A DNA stretch of 64,000 bases from Raja brachyura (Eukaryota), in NCBI GenBank assembly GCA_963514005.1, contig OY740800.1:42780001-42844000 (forward strand), written 5' to 3'. Of this stretch, positions 1-12,023 are shown in pieces. Below the pieces are notes generated by a model. The model worked only from the letters and a program-made list of their open reading frames with translations. It did no database searches and was not told the DNA's origin. Position 1 is the first letter of the stretch, and every line of letters starts with the position of its first letter. The translations under genes were made by a program, and so were the position numbers.

Positions 1-57
1 TGTAATGGTGAGATTTGAATTTATGCCCTGTATCTACCTTATCCAGGTAGATAAATA

Positions 58-98
58 AGTCTGAAGAAGGGTTTCGGCCCGAAACGTTGCCTATTTCC
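58..98 (+). ncRNA. Minimal type I hammerhead-ribozyme motif in a short PLE pseudo-LTR fragment
   Basis: CTGAAGA(61-67)-A-GGGT/TTCG/GCCC helix II(69-80)-GAAA-C-GTT-GCCT. Core residues are intact and helix II has a UUCG loop. Confidence 0.7.
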
Positions 99-261
99 TG
101 TCCAACTAAGAAACCACTTTTCTATCATATACCTTTATTAGAAGTACTGAAACATTCGTTTTTTGAAAATTGACCAGCTGGATTATGTGCTTGCCCTATT
201 TTGCTGGCTCACAGTACAAAGATGGTGTGATTGGTTTCCATGCCAATTAGATTGAAGTCTA

Positions 262-351
262 AAGAAGGGTCTCGACCCAAAACGTCGCCTATCTCCTTCG
301 CTCCTTAGATGCTGCTGCACCCGCTGAGTTTCTCCAGCTTTTGTGTAACCC
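262..351 (+). mobile_element. Short PLE-derived hammerhead-type element (subfamily A), core decayed
   Basis: aagaagggtctcgacccaaaacgtcgcctat...ccgctgagtttctccagc. Flanked by the 14-bp direct repeat TAGATTGAAGTCTA at 248-261 and 352-365. Confidence 0.8.
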
Positions 352-539
352 TAGATTGAAGTCTAGATGTTTTAAAATTGTGTGCTGTGGCTCAGTGTGC
401 TTTGGGTTATCTGTTACCTGTGGCTCCTGATACAGAGTTTCTCAGGACCAGAAAATTAATACATTACTGGTGATGTTGTATAATGATTATACCAAACATC
501 ACAGTAACTGCCTGATGTCATAAAAATTAATAATGGCCC

Positions 540-648
540 CCTCATTGGCACTTAAAGCTGCATTGAAGTATCAGCTTATGGAGTAAGGCTTGAATCTATA
601 ATAGTCTGACATGAAAGAGAGGGTGCTGTTACAAAGTCAAGCCTGATA
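540..648 (-). mobile_element. Ancient DeuSINE/SacSINE-like 5' relic
   Basis: Degenerate resemblance, from memory, to the reverse of a tRNA-derived SINE head (ctgcattgaagtatcagc...ggagtaaggcttgaatc...ctgac...gagggtgct). Confidence 0.35.
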
Positions 649-2749
649 CAAAAAATATAGAACAAATATTGTTTAGTGAATGGACCCAAGAAAGGTTGTG
701 AAATGCATTTCACAGTGTGCCCGAGCTATAGCAAAGTTGTTACAATGCATCAAATCTGTTCAAGCTAGCGAGTGTTGGCCTTGTTCCTGTGATAGACACA
801 TTCAACACTCGGCGTAGCAGTGCAAATACTGCCAATATATGGAGCTTGGGATTTGGCTGTGACTTGATTTAGAACATAGTTACATACATCTACGTTTTTT
901 CCGGAGCATCCTGAAGTACGTGACTTCTAGAAGCAATAGTCGCTGTTCCACTAATTATATTTTGGCCTTTCCAGATAGTGCAGATGTCCAACTAAGGTTC
1001 ACTTTGTATAGTGTGAATACAAGGTTGTAATTAACTGTTGAGCCATTCAGTTGACAAGAGCTGCACTCAACCTACACCCAGAGTTGTGTTTTCATAAAGT
1101 CACCACAAATTCATTTGTATGATTATTTATCTTTTCGAATGTTGAGTAAATATAATTCCTGGGTGTAATATGAACAGTGCATGTGGCTCCAGGTACCCGA
1201 GTTGATTGGAAATTTCTAAATTGTAATCATTCACAGATGTCGGTACGTAAAGTAATTTCAAAGAAGGCATCCTATGGCTTGCTGAGGATGATGAAAGCTC
1301 AGTGTGAGATCCGTAGGAAGTAATTATTTAATAATCCATTTCCCAGATGTCCCTACATTTAAATTCAGAATAACAGCAATGTGATTCCAATAGGCATCTT
1401 AATTCTTTAAATATAACAAGATCACATTTATTTCATCAGCAAAATATTTACTGCTGCAGCATCTCACTAATATCCAAATTGAGGAAGAAATCCACTTTAT
1501 CATCTCTCATTTAATTCTTTATTGTTCTGTGAGCATATGTTCTACAATTTGCAGTAGCCAAAATGATTACCTTTTCACAGTTTATGTAAGAGAAACAATG
1601 GTTGCTTGTGTCAGCTTTTATTCTTCATATATGTTATCAGAGTAGCGCGTTATAAATTGGCTCTGTCCTTACCATTCATGTTTCCAATGGAAGTCACAAG
1701 GTTACAAAAGGAGGAATTTACCAGCATTAGCAGCCCAAAGATGCTGAGAAATTTATAATCATGAAAAAGGTCATCCAACTTGCTGCTTTCCTTTTCTGTA
1801 TAACTTACTACAACATCATTTGCAGTCCTTATTCTCTGAACAATCAGACATTTGTCAAACTGTGTTTTCTGCATATTTATGGGGAAAAGAAAGTGGTTCT
1901 GCAAAATCGGTGTTACTACAATGCCTGTGGTGAATCTTAGGATCTGGATATATGTGGTGGTATTTAAGGTTGGGTGATATATGCATGGACACAGTTTCAT
2001 TGATTTCAGTTATGGTTCCTTGATGGTGTGAGCTGCTTCATAACCTTTGGGAAGCCTGCAGCAATGATATTTAAAAGGGATGTGGTCAACCAGGTCCAAG
2101 CCAATGTAATCTGGTACAAGGACCCTGCCTCAGATACGTCCCTCAAATAACTCCGTGCAGTGACTTAATAGTTCTTTCTCCTACCAGGCTTGAAAATAGT
2201 AACCTTTGCCCTATGTTGCTCCCCTCTTTGACTAATGATTTGATACCAAAATTCATCCCACCTCCAACCTACTGCACAATTTACCCCTACTCCTTCCTTA
2301 AACCGCCATCTCTCAACAGACCCTTTTCCCCTTCTGATCTAACATGGCTTGGACCTTGTCCTGACTGCCCTTCCATTAAACCCAGCATCCAACTGTGCGC
2401 AGATGCCTCCTCCCAATAACATGGCAACTAATGACTTCCCACCACCACATTTCAGATATCCCAACATCTCCCCCGCCTCACCAATCTCTGACTGACTCAC
2501 TCTCTCACCGCCCCTCTTACAAACCAACTACCATAACAGTTTCCAGCCCCCAGCTGCCCATCCCAGCTAACATTTCCAAGCCCCACCAAGAGCATGCTTT
2601 TGTGCCAATGACCAAAGGTGGCTCACCTGGCCTATTCCCTGCACAGCCCAACTCTCCACCATTGAGCTCATGAGATAATTCTCAGCCCAATAACCCCGCC
2701 CATCCCGTGCTTGACCATTTCCGTCCCTCCATGACATTTCTCGCTTGTA

Positions 2750-3265
2750 TCAAGTCAAGAGAGTTTATTGTCTTGTGTCCCAGATAGGACAATGAGATTC
2801 TTGCTTGCTGCAGCACAACAGAATATTGTAAGCATAAATACAGAACAGTTCAGTTCAATGTACACATAAATAAGCAGATAACGTGCAATAGGCTGTTACA
2901 GTTCAGAGTCTGTTTGTTGGCGAGTTTAATAGCCTGATGGCTGTGGGGAAGAAGCTGTTCCTGAACCTGGATGTAACAGATCTCAGGCTCCTGTACCTTC
3001 TGCCTGATGGTAGCGGAGAGATGAATGCGTGGCCAGGATGGTGCGGGTCCTTGATGATGTTGGCTGCCTTTTTGAGGCAGCGACTGCGATAGATCCCTTC
3101 GATGGTGGGGAGGTCAGAGCCGATGATGGACTGGGCACAACTTTCTGCATCCTTTTCCGCCCCTGGACGCTCAAGTTGCCGAACCATGCCACGATGCAAC
3201 CAGTCACCATGCTCTCTACTGTGCACCTGTAGAAGTTCGAGAGAGTCCTCTTTGACATACCGACT
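2750..3265 (-). mobile_element. Rex1/Babar-type LINE 3' fragment (RT C-terminus plus 3' UTR)
   Basis: Two minus frames give FYRCTVESMVTGCIVAWFGN and AQSIIGSDLPTIEGIYRSRCLKKAANIIKDPHHPGH...LPSGRRYRS...RFRNSFFPTAIRLLN. An AATAAA and a cttga-repeat tail lie at 2750-2770. Confidence 0.85.
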
Positions 3266-3568
3266 GTACCTCCCATCTCTTGAACATTCTCTCTTAATTT
3301 ACTCCACAATGTTGAAACAGTGCATTTGTAAGCCTGACCCACACCACCACCCTATTATCAGGCCTAAACATGTCCTATTCAACTTTGAACTTCTCAGCCA
3401 AAATATTTGAACCCACAATATTCTGCATCTCCTTGAGATCACCGATGAACATTTTGGGATATTGCAAATTTCATTGCAGCATTTTCTGCATTGGTTTTCA
3501 TTATTTTAATTATACAGAATGATAATGAAGAGTCTTTATTTTTAAAAACACTGTTTGCTTGTGTGAGA

Positions 3569-3683
3569 AGTTTGAAGAAGAGTCTCAGTCTGAAGAAGGG
3601 TCTTGACCCAAAACGTCACCTATTCCTTCGCTCCATAGAGGCTGCCTCACCCGCTGAGTTTCTCCAGCATTTTTGTCTACCTT
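3569..3683 (+). mobile_element. PLE-derived hammerhead-type element (subfamily A) with partial 5' duplication
   Basis: ctgaagaagggtcttgacccaaaacgtcacctattccttcgctccatag from 3590, preceded by the partial copy tttgaagaagagtctc. Confidence 0.8.
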
Positions 3684-4473
3684 GCTAGTATGATAGGTCA
3701 TTTCGCTGTAATGTATGAAAACTCCTCTCACTGACATAATAACAGCTGCTCACAGGTGATATACGTCTTGAACTCGCCATGCAATGAAAGCAAAATCGGT
3801 GCTTACCAGCTGATTTGTAGCTACAAAGCTGCTTGGAAGTGAACCATATTCAAACTGATTTGCGCTCTGCAGTTTGTAGACATGCTTCATTGTCATGGGA
3901 AGCCATGGGTTGGGTGTTGCTGATTTTAAGAAACTGATGTGCAGATGGATTTTAATTTTGGTTCACTTGATCCTGATGAATATGAGAGACTGGTCTGTGA
4001 TCCACTGGAACTATTTGCCGTTTGTGTTTTGTTGCAGAGCCACGCCATTTTTGAATCGCTTTGTTTTTGCGGTGAAGTGGTGTATATTTAAATTCATGTA
4101 TTTAATGCCCTGCCTCTTAATTCCTGGGAGAACGTAGAAGAGCAATAAGATTATCTGTTGATGACTCACAGAATGATTTTGTAGCCATTCATTCTGACAC
4201 TTTCCATTCATTATTTTTACATTTTTTAATTTTTCGTGGCCGTATATTTCTGCCCCAACATGAAATGTTCCGTTTTGCTCAGCCAAACCTGTATCTTAAA
4301 TTATCTGAATGATGTGACCTTGGACCACATTCACCAGTGGCCATCTACTGTAATGCACATCAATATCACAACATTTAGAACCTGGGATTTGACAGTGGTG
4401 TACACCTTGCATTACCTGTTTAAATGTTATTGCTTTTCCAGGATAGTAAACATGCCAGCCATTTCATCTGCAA

Positions 4474-5013
4474 GAGTATTGTGTGCAGTTTTGGTCTCCT
4501 AATTTGAGGAAGGACATTGTTGCTATTGAGGGAATGCAGCGTAGGTACACAAGGTTAGTTCCAGGGTTGGTGGGATTGTCATATGACGAAAGAATGGAGC
4601 GATTGGGCTTGTATACACTGGAATTTAGTAGGGTGAGAGGGGATCTTATAGAGGCATATAAAATTATTAAGGGATTGGACACGCTAGATGCAGGATTTTA
4701 GGGGAGTCCAGAACCAGAGGCCACAGTTTAAGAGTAAGGGGTAGGCCATTTAGAACTAAGATGAGGAAAAACTTTTCACACGAGTTGTGATTTTGTGGAA
4801 TTCTCTGCCTCAGAAGGCAGTGGAGGCCGATTCACTGGATGCATTCAAAAGAGAGTTAGATAGAGCACTTAGGGCTAGCGGAATCAAGGGATATGGGGAG
4901 ATGGCAGGAATGGGGTACTGATTGTGGATGATCACCCATGATCACATTGAATGGCGATACTAGCTCGAAGGGCCAAATGGCCTACTCCTGCACCTATTGT
5001 CTATGAATCTATG
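4474..5013 (+). mobile_element. CR1 (HER1-like) LINE 3' fragment
   Basis: YCVQFWSPNLRKDIVAIEGMQRRYTRLVPG...RGDLIEAYKIIKG, then the typical tail ggccaaatggcctactcctgcacctatt(tctatg)n. Confidence 0.9.
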
Positions 5014-5580
5014 TAAATAAGAAACTGGGAAATGACCAAATAATCTCTGTATTTGGTATTTTACATTCTCAACACAGAATGCTCAATGCTGTTCTGAGCT
5101 TACATCTGAAAAGGATTTAGATTCAAACTTACAATTTCCTGGACACCCAAGATAAAGAATTGTTCAAAGCAAATCTATTGTTAAATGTTCCTTTTCCCTC
5201 CCCAGTCCCCCATCTTATGTCATAGATAGTGGTACAATCACCCTCATACCACGTGCTAGTAGATTTCTCTCTCTAACCCGGCAAACTGCAATTAGTTAAT
5301 TGTGGAGGAAAGATGAGCATTAGTAAGATGGCCCTCTGGCTTCTAAAACTTTTGCCTACAGATGTTTTAAGCTATATTTAACCTGCTATTCATCATCAAA
5401 GTACACCCGATATGATTCCATGTGTTATTTCCATTTCCTGCAGCAGCCACCATTATAACCACTTGAGATTAGCTTTGGATGCCAAATTACGATCAGTTTT
5501 GTGTTGTGGTTTTGGTCCACCAGGAGCAGAGCTTGATATTGCTGTAGTTTATTTCATCAAGGACGCTTATGAACTGACAG

Positions 5581-5587
<7 letters not shown>

Positions 5588-5608
<21 letters not shown>
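5588..5608 (+). repeat. Poly-G tract (G21)
   Basis: Read directly from the sequence. Confidence 0.9.
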
Positions 5609-5612
<4 letters not shown>

Positions 5613-6723
5613 ATTGTACGTCTCAGCTGAATTGGAAATCCATATCTCATGGGATGGAGCAGAACCTTGTATAATTGATTGTCATGTACGTAGCAAGTTT
5701 TTTGAGGGGTATCTTTGTTCAGGGGTACAAGTAAATGCATTCAGTCTATTACCATAATGTTGATGGTCACTTTTTTGGCTTTGATTGCATTTTAATTTCC
5801 TCTGGTCATTTATCTGATATTTAAATGAAGTGTTGTACAGAAAATTATTTAAGAAGTAAATGGAAAATATAATTTATGGCATTTGTTATGGGCAGGCAAT
5901 ATATTAAGATTCAGACCCTTTCTCAGTTCCTTGAAGGAGAGAATATAAATGTGAAAAATTTATTGCCTGAGAGAAGAAGTTATTTAAGCTGCAAAAACAA
6001 AATTGTAAATCTTTGAGAAAAAGGCTTTTAATGTACCCTTGATGCATTAATCTTGCATTCGCATATATACGTCAGATTTGTGAATCGTCCCTGCAGCTCG
6101 TCAGTCTCCAGATAGCAGAAGGGGAATTTATGCAGTCAATGCTAAACAGGAAAACAGGAGCTGTACTATATCAGCAAGTAACAAGGTTCTGGCATGACAG
6201 CTCAGTCTTCCTGCAGCCCATCCAAAATACAATATGAACATGCAAGAAAGCGATCTGAAAAGACCTTCCTATATGCGCCTGTTTCAACATCATAGTTTAG
6301 CCTAAACATGTTGTCAAGACCCCTTTGGTTCCAATCCCACATCCACTTAGTTTCTTGGGAGAAGCAAAAAGATGAAGGAAAATGAATTTTCAGAACAAAA
6401 AATGTTAATAAATCAACTACTGATTAGAGATTGAAATTACACGTACCCCCAATGTTCTAATTTATTTGAAATGCGAAAAGATATTCGGAAATCCTCAAAG
6501 ACATAAAAAATGAACAATTGATTTTATAACTGTCTGGCATCATTTTATAAATGTATTAAGGATTTGTATCTTTTGCTGGATTAACAGTGAACTCTTGATG
6601 GTAAATATGAGCAACTGCATTTGTGGTACCAGTCTCAATACTGAACAGGTACTGGACTAAGTCAGAGGTGGTTGCTGTGACTGCTGCTATCTCAAGTTAC
6701 CCATCTTTCATCTTTGAGACACC

Positions 6724-6820
6724 AGTCTGAAGAAGGGTCTCGACCCAAAATGTCACCCATTCCTTCTCTCCAGAGATGCTGCCTAACCCGCTGAGTTACT
6801 CCAGCATTTTGTGTGTACTT
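6724..6820 (+). mobile_element. PLE-derived hammerhead-type element (subfamily B), core decayed
   Basis: agtctgaagaagggtctcgacccaaaatgtcacccattccttctctccagagatgctgcc...ctgagttactccagcattttgtgt. Confidence 0.8.
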
Positions 6821-7415
6821 TTGTCTTTGAGGTATTGGAGACCAAATTTTGAAGAACATTGCATCGAATTTCTTCAAAGCAGTTTTTCAATATTAATTTA
6901 ACTTTCAGGCGTTCGAATGTGGTTTAATAAGAAATGGGGATAGGACCCTGGTGGAATTGAGCCTGTGATGATCAATTTGCAATTAAAACAACGTATGAGA
7001 AATACTTACTGGGTCTTTTTACATCTGTGGAATGAGAAACAAGATTTAACACTTCACCAACTTTTCGTAAGATTGTTTTATAATTTCAGTATCTGTACAC
7101 TATTTCAAATTTCTCAGGTGTGAAGTATTTGCTTCTGCATTGGTACACTTTCAGTAACAGAGAAACTTTGGTGATCAGATGCTTTCTAAATCATTTTCTT
7201 GTTACAATCAATTTAACCGCCACATATTTGCTTTCAATGGACAAACTACATGACAAAGCACAACAGCTGTTCCCGTGGAACAGGGAAATGTAGCAGATCT
7301 GAAATATAGAACTATATCGAAGCAAACCCATATGCAAAATATAATAATGTCTTCTTTAATACCGTAATTTGTTAACCATCAATTATTAACTTGATTAGAA
7401 AGCCACAGATACCTT

Positions 7416-7683
7416 TGCCTACAGAGACCCAGGTTCGATCCAGACTACGGGTGCTGTCGGTAAAGAGTTTGTACGTTCTCACTTTGACCGCATGGGTTTT
7501 CTCTGGGTGCTTTGGTTTCTTCCCACACTCCAAAGACGTACAGGTGTGTAGGTTAATTGCCTTCAGTAAAATTGTCCCTAGTGTGTAGGATAGTGTTAGT
7601 GTACGTAGTGATTGCTGGTCGGCGCAGACTCAGTGGGCCTGTGTCCCGCGCTGAATCTTTAAAAGCTAAAAAGTAAAAGTCTA
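7416..7683 (+). mobile_element. HE1-like V-SINE, 5' truncated
   Basis: B box GGTTCGATCC (7432-7441), V-domain-like gggtgctttggtttcttcccacactccaaagacgtacagg and a CR1-like tail. Confidence 0.8.
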
Positions 7684-7978
7684 GACAGTGGCTTAAACAC
7701 ATTCAGAAAGTTCTGCCGATCAGTAAAACGTCCCGGGAAATTCTGTTCCTTTAAGCCCGTTATAGGTAGGTGTTAACCCGGTTATCAAAGTCAGTGTAAA
7801 TACACAGCGAAAGTAAGGTGTGTGTATCGCAAACTATAAAACTCAGAATAACCTGCAAATGGCTTCAATAATACAACAATGTTTCAAAAATAATCTTATA
7901 CTGTACCTATAAAACCGCTCAGTAAAAGACATCAATCATGGCCACTATTACAAAGGCATTGAATAAATAAATTCCTCT

Positions 7979-8339
7979 AAGGTAGACAAAAATGCTGGAG
8001 AAACTCAGCGGGTGAGGCAGCATCTATGGAGCGAAGGAATAGGTGAGGTTTCAGGTCGAGACTCTTGACCCAAAACGGCGCCTATTCCTTCTGAAGAAGG
8101 GTCTCGACCTGAAACGTCACCTATTCCTTCGCTCCATAGATGCTGCCTCACCCGCTGAGTATCTCACCCTTCTTCTGAAGAAGGGTCTCGACCCGAAACG
8201 GCGCCTATTCCTTCTGAAGAAGGGTCTCGACCCGAAACATCGCCTATTCCTTCGCTCCATAGATACTGCCTCACCCGCTGAGTTTCTCCAGCATTTTTGT
8301 CTACCTTTGATTTTTCCAGCATTTGCAGTTCTTTCTTAG
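7979..8339 (+). mobile_element. Composite PLE pseudo-LTR insertion: inverted 5' segment plus tandem hammerhead cores
   Basis: Inverted copy at 7979-8062. CTGAAGA cores start at 8091, 8175 and 8214. The 14-bp TSD AAATAAATTCCTCT lies at 7965-7978 and 8340-8353. Confidence 0.85.
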
Positions 8340-8429
8340 AAATAAATTCCTCTTTATCATATTCCATAGCAACACAGAAATTTGGAAGGAAGTCTGATAA
8401 TAAATTCTGTTTATTTAAAGGGAGCTGTG

Positions 8430-8825
8430 GCAGCATGTTCACTACCCCCTGACATTTCCACCTGAGAAAAAGATTCTGACGACGCACGCTATGCTCTCAA
8501 TTTACAAACTTTGATCAGTGTTCCCTCAACCTCCAACACTACAGAGAATTCAATGTGAGGTTTTCCAACCCCTCCTCATAACCGTTACACTCTAACCCAT
8601 GCAGCATCCTGGTAAGCCTCTCCAAACGCTGTACATCCATCCTCTAAAGTACAGAGGGATCCAAGTCTTTAGCTCTGCAACGGTGGCAGCATAAGGTAGA
8701 GAAAGTGTGTGGTGTGCTTGCCTTCACCGATGGGCATTGAGTATAAGTCAGGAATTCACGTTTCAGCTTTATATAACTTTTAGTTTGGCTGCATTTGAAT
8801 ATTATGTGCAGTTTTGGTTGCCCAG
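8430..8825. mobile_element. Two old CR1 RT fragments in opposite orientations
   Basis: 8430-8645 resembles CR1 3' RT on the minus strand. 8680-8825 (gtgcttgccttc...ggcattgagtataag...tgtgcagttttggttgccc) resembles CR1 RT on the plus strand. Confidence 0.6.
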
Positions 8826-10019
8826 AGAATGAAATAAAGAAAAGGGAGGACAGATGAAGGAATCTGTTATATACTGTAGCACCCTTAATTTCACTGCTCC
8901 ATATCTGCCCTTTGTTCGTGCCCCGGAACTAACTCCCAGGCCCACACAGCTTCCTGTTACCTCAAGGCCTCCTAGCTATAGCCATTCTGTAATGTTGAGC
9001 AGTTTGCTAGTGGTGACCAGGTCTCTTGCAGCACAAACTGACTTCTCACCTGCAGATTGGCATAAAACAGAAGTTTGGGACTGCAGAAAGTTGTGAAATG
9101 GGAGGAAAAAAAGTTGGATGATTTACAGCAGCTACGAACATTTTCGCTCTTTTCTGGTTCCGACAAAGGGTCTTCAAACTGAAGTTAACTCCACCTCTCT
9201 TACAACAGGTACTGCCTAACCTGCTGAGTGTTTTCAGCATTTTTTGTTTTTATACCAAGAGTATGTATATCTTTCACACTTGGTCCACTGTATTTTATTC
9301 GTCAGCATTTTTACTTTAAGCATTTTCACCGATACGTTCTACCCAAGTTATGCATTTATTGAAAATATTCAATTTCTTAAGAAAAGTACTAATTGCCTCC
9401 TGTGTTGTGCTATGTTTGCTGAATTTTCTGTCACCACTGCTTGAGCTACATTTACACATGCTACTTTCTTCATTCTGTGGGGTTCATTCTGCTATTTTTT
9501 GTGAGTTCACTTTGTCGCTGGCGATTTGGGCGAATCTATTGGTAGAATTAAGTAAAGCATTCTTTTTCTGCTATAACCACAGATGCAAAGTAATTATTTA
9601 ACATATCTATCATGTCCTTATTTTCAATTATAATGTTGCTTTTTGGACATAATATCCACTAACCATCCTCTTTTCCCGAATAAATATAGAAGTTTTCGTG
9701 TTGAATTTCACATCTGCTGCAAGTTTCTTTTCATGGTTCTTTTTATAAATCTCATCTTACATAGCTTTCACTCCCATGTGCTGTATCTTTTTAGTTTTAT
9801 GTTGTTCTTTACATCTTTGGTTATCTGAGACTGTTCATTTTGGCAAGTAGAGCTATTTTCATTTAAAGGTTATAAAATTGTTCTGAAAATATAAAATGTC
9901 TTTTTTTTCCCACATCTTTCCCAATCCTTTGGTCATTTCACACTTTAACAAATTTTCCAGTTGACCATGAACTGTCTATTTTGTCCAGTCTACGTTGGAC
10001 CATGGCACCTTAATCGCAG

Positions 10020-10120
10020 GTTAAAAGAAGGGTGTCGACTTGAAACGTCACCTATTCCATCTCTCCAGAGATGCTGCCTGTCTCGCTGAGTTACTCCAGA
10101 ATTTTGTGTCTGTCTTCGGT
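10020..10120 (+). mobile_element. PLE-derived hammerhead-type element (subfamily B), decayed
   Basis: aagaagggtgtcgacttgaaacgtcacctattcc...gctgagttactccag. Confidence 0.75.
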
Positions 10121-11965
10121 GTCAACCTCAACGGATGTTTTGGTGTTTCTTCCTTTCCAACATTATGTTCAATCATATTCTAATCATAATAAGATAAATG
10201 TTCATCTTATTGGCAATTGCATTGATGAGCTATTAATTTTATGTGGCTAATCATTCATTATTAAATCCAATGTGTCCTGTACCTTTGTTAGTTCAAGATC
10301 AAAATAATGTAGAAAATTGTCTTAAGCGTAAAAGACAATGTGTATCTTTCTGATGAACGTATCTGTTCATTTCAGTCTATGAGGGGGTTAAAATTTCCCA
10401 TTTAAAAATCAATTTGTCTATATTTAAGCAGTTGGTAAAACAAGCATAGAATTTGCTGTCAACCATACTTTGCACAAATATCACATTTCATTCTCCACTG
10501 CGTTAACAGAAGCATTAGCTGTCGGTCAATGCCTCCTTTATTTTAGTGAAGGGAAGAATTCAATCCAAAATGTTAACTGCTCAAAGAAGAAAAATGGTGA
10601 ATTTTGTACCAATATACTTAACCTCTTTGAATTCAAATTCAGCAATTTGTTATTTTCACTTTGTGTAAATTGTCATTTAATATTGAGTCAAGACAAACCA
10701 ACTTGTGTTCTTTAAACCCTAAGTACTTACAGATTTATCGTTCAAGCACGAGTTCTGGCTCAATAGTTTCTCTTGATTCTTCTACATGATGCCACCGTTA
10801 AACTCTCACACTCACCACTGTCCAACAAAACAAAAAGTTGTCCACACATAAAAGTTAATTTAGTCTAAGCAGAAAAGGAAATAATTCTGATTGAGTCGGT
10901 TGCTCTGATCCTTTGGCAGCAATTATTGGGATTGTTGAATGTTTTGATTTTTTTTCGACAAGGGTAGCATCCATTAGATCAGATGCCTTCAATTTGAAAC
11001 AAGAAGCTAGCTTCAGTGAGAATACATCCTCGAACACATAAACAGTCGTTTTTTACTTTGTCACTGCTTGTCTACTTGGAACAAAATATATAAACATGAA
11101 CCTCAATTTTACATTGATTTAACATTTCCTCTGTCTTTACATTCTCATGGAAACATTGAAGTCTCAGTACATTTTTTGGAATGAAATATTTGTATTTCTT
11201 GGATAGCATAGGAATATCAATCAATCAACAAAACTTCAACAATAGGCATTACAATTTTTTAAATGTTTGAAATTTTCCTAATTTTTCCCAAAAAGTGATT
11301 ACACGACCTGACTTGGTTTCGCAGCATCTGAATTCCAAAGGTTCTGGTGGTTCCTGCTATTTAAAGGGTTAAGAACAATTAGTGCATGACACTCCAAGAG
11401 CTATATGTCACCAGTACATCTCCATGAGAAAGAACTTATTTCCTGTTCTTATTACTATTATTTAATTACTGCTCGCCCACAAACATTAACAAATTGAACC
11501 ATAATCTTCTGTCGGAGACGAGACGTGCACTCATAGTTGATGTACCCACTGGGTCGGAATTTGTTGTTTCCAAATGATATGCATGTTGCCAAATTATTCT
11601 AGTTCATGCCTGTAGCCACCACCCTCCCAAACCTGGCCTCAGCTAGGAGAACCAAGCAGCATATTAGGAATTACAAAGATGTACAACCACCCTTTCATTT
11701 ATGCCTGAAGTCGTGGGCCTCGGGTGCAGGGACATTTTGCACCAGGTATGAAGGGGCAGATTCAGTAACGTACTCTAGAATTTCAAGGCTTGTCGGCCGT
11801 GAGGTAGCTAATGTTGATCTCATTTTTATTAAACGTGTCCTAGATCTTAAAGTAGACCATGTAAATTTAGTTATGTTTGGATCATACTCTCAAAGGCTAA
11901 TTGTCCATGTTTCCTCAAAGGAATCTCACTTGTAAAGAACAATGGCCGATCACAGTCTTATTTCT

Positions 11966-12023
11966 AAACGTCACCCATTCCTTCTCTCCAGAGATGCTGC
12001 CTGTCCAGCTTTTTGTGTCTATC
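11966..12023 (+). mobile_element. Short PLE-derived fragment (subfamily B)
   Basis: aaacgtcacccattccttctctccagagatgctgcctgtcc. Confidence 0.7.

Noticed and set aside
31-53. 9-bp hairpin TATCTACCT/AGGTAGATA just upstream of the first hammerhead
   Set aside because: Both arms resemble the element's own tgtctacct tail, so it is probably an inverted pLTR remnant rather than an independent structure.
769-811. 9-bp inverted repeat CGAGTGTTG/CAACACTCG with a 25-nt loop
   Set aside because: It is too short to exceed chance expectation in 64 kb.
1650-2000. 116-aa minus-strand ORF and other 60-130 aa ORFs in AT-rich unique DNA
   Set aside because: They show no domains or splice context, and their lengths are compatible with chance.
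3807-3866. 60-nt minus-strand exon candidate (SANQFEYGSLPSSFVATNQL)
   Set aside because: The donor is good but the polypyrimidine tract is poor and the peptide is unrecognised. This is expected by chance.
8043-8487. ORFs with repeated LKKGLDPKR / VSGRDPSS peptides (also 3491, 6692, 32237, 38087, 63635)
   Set aside because: These are translations of the non-coding hammerhead/pLTR repeat, not proteins.
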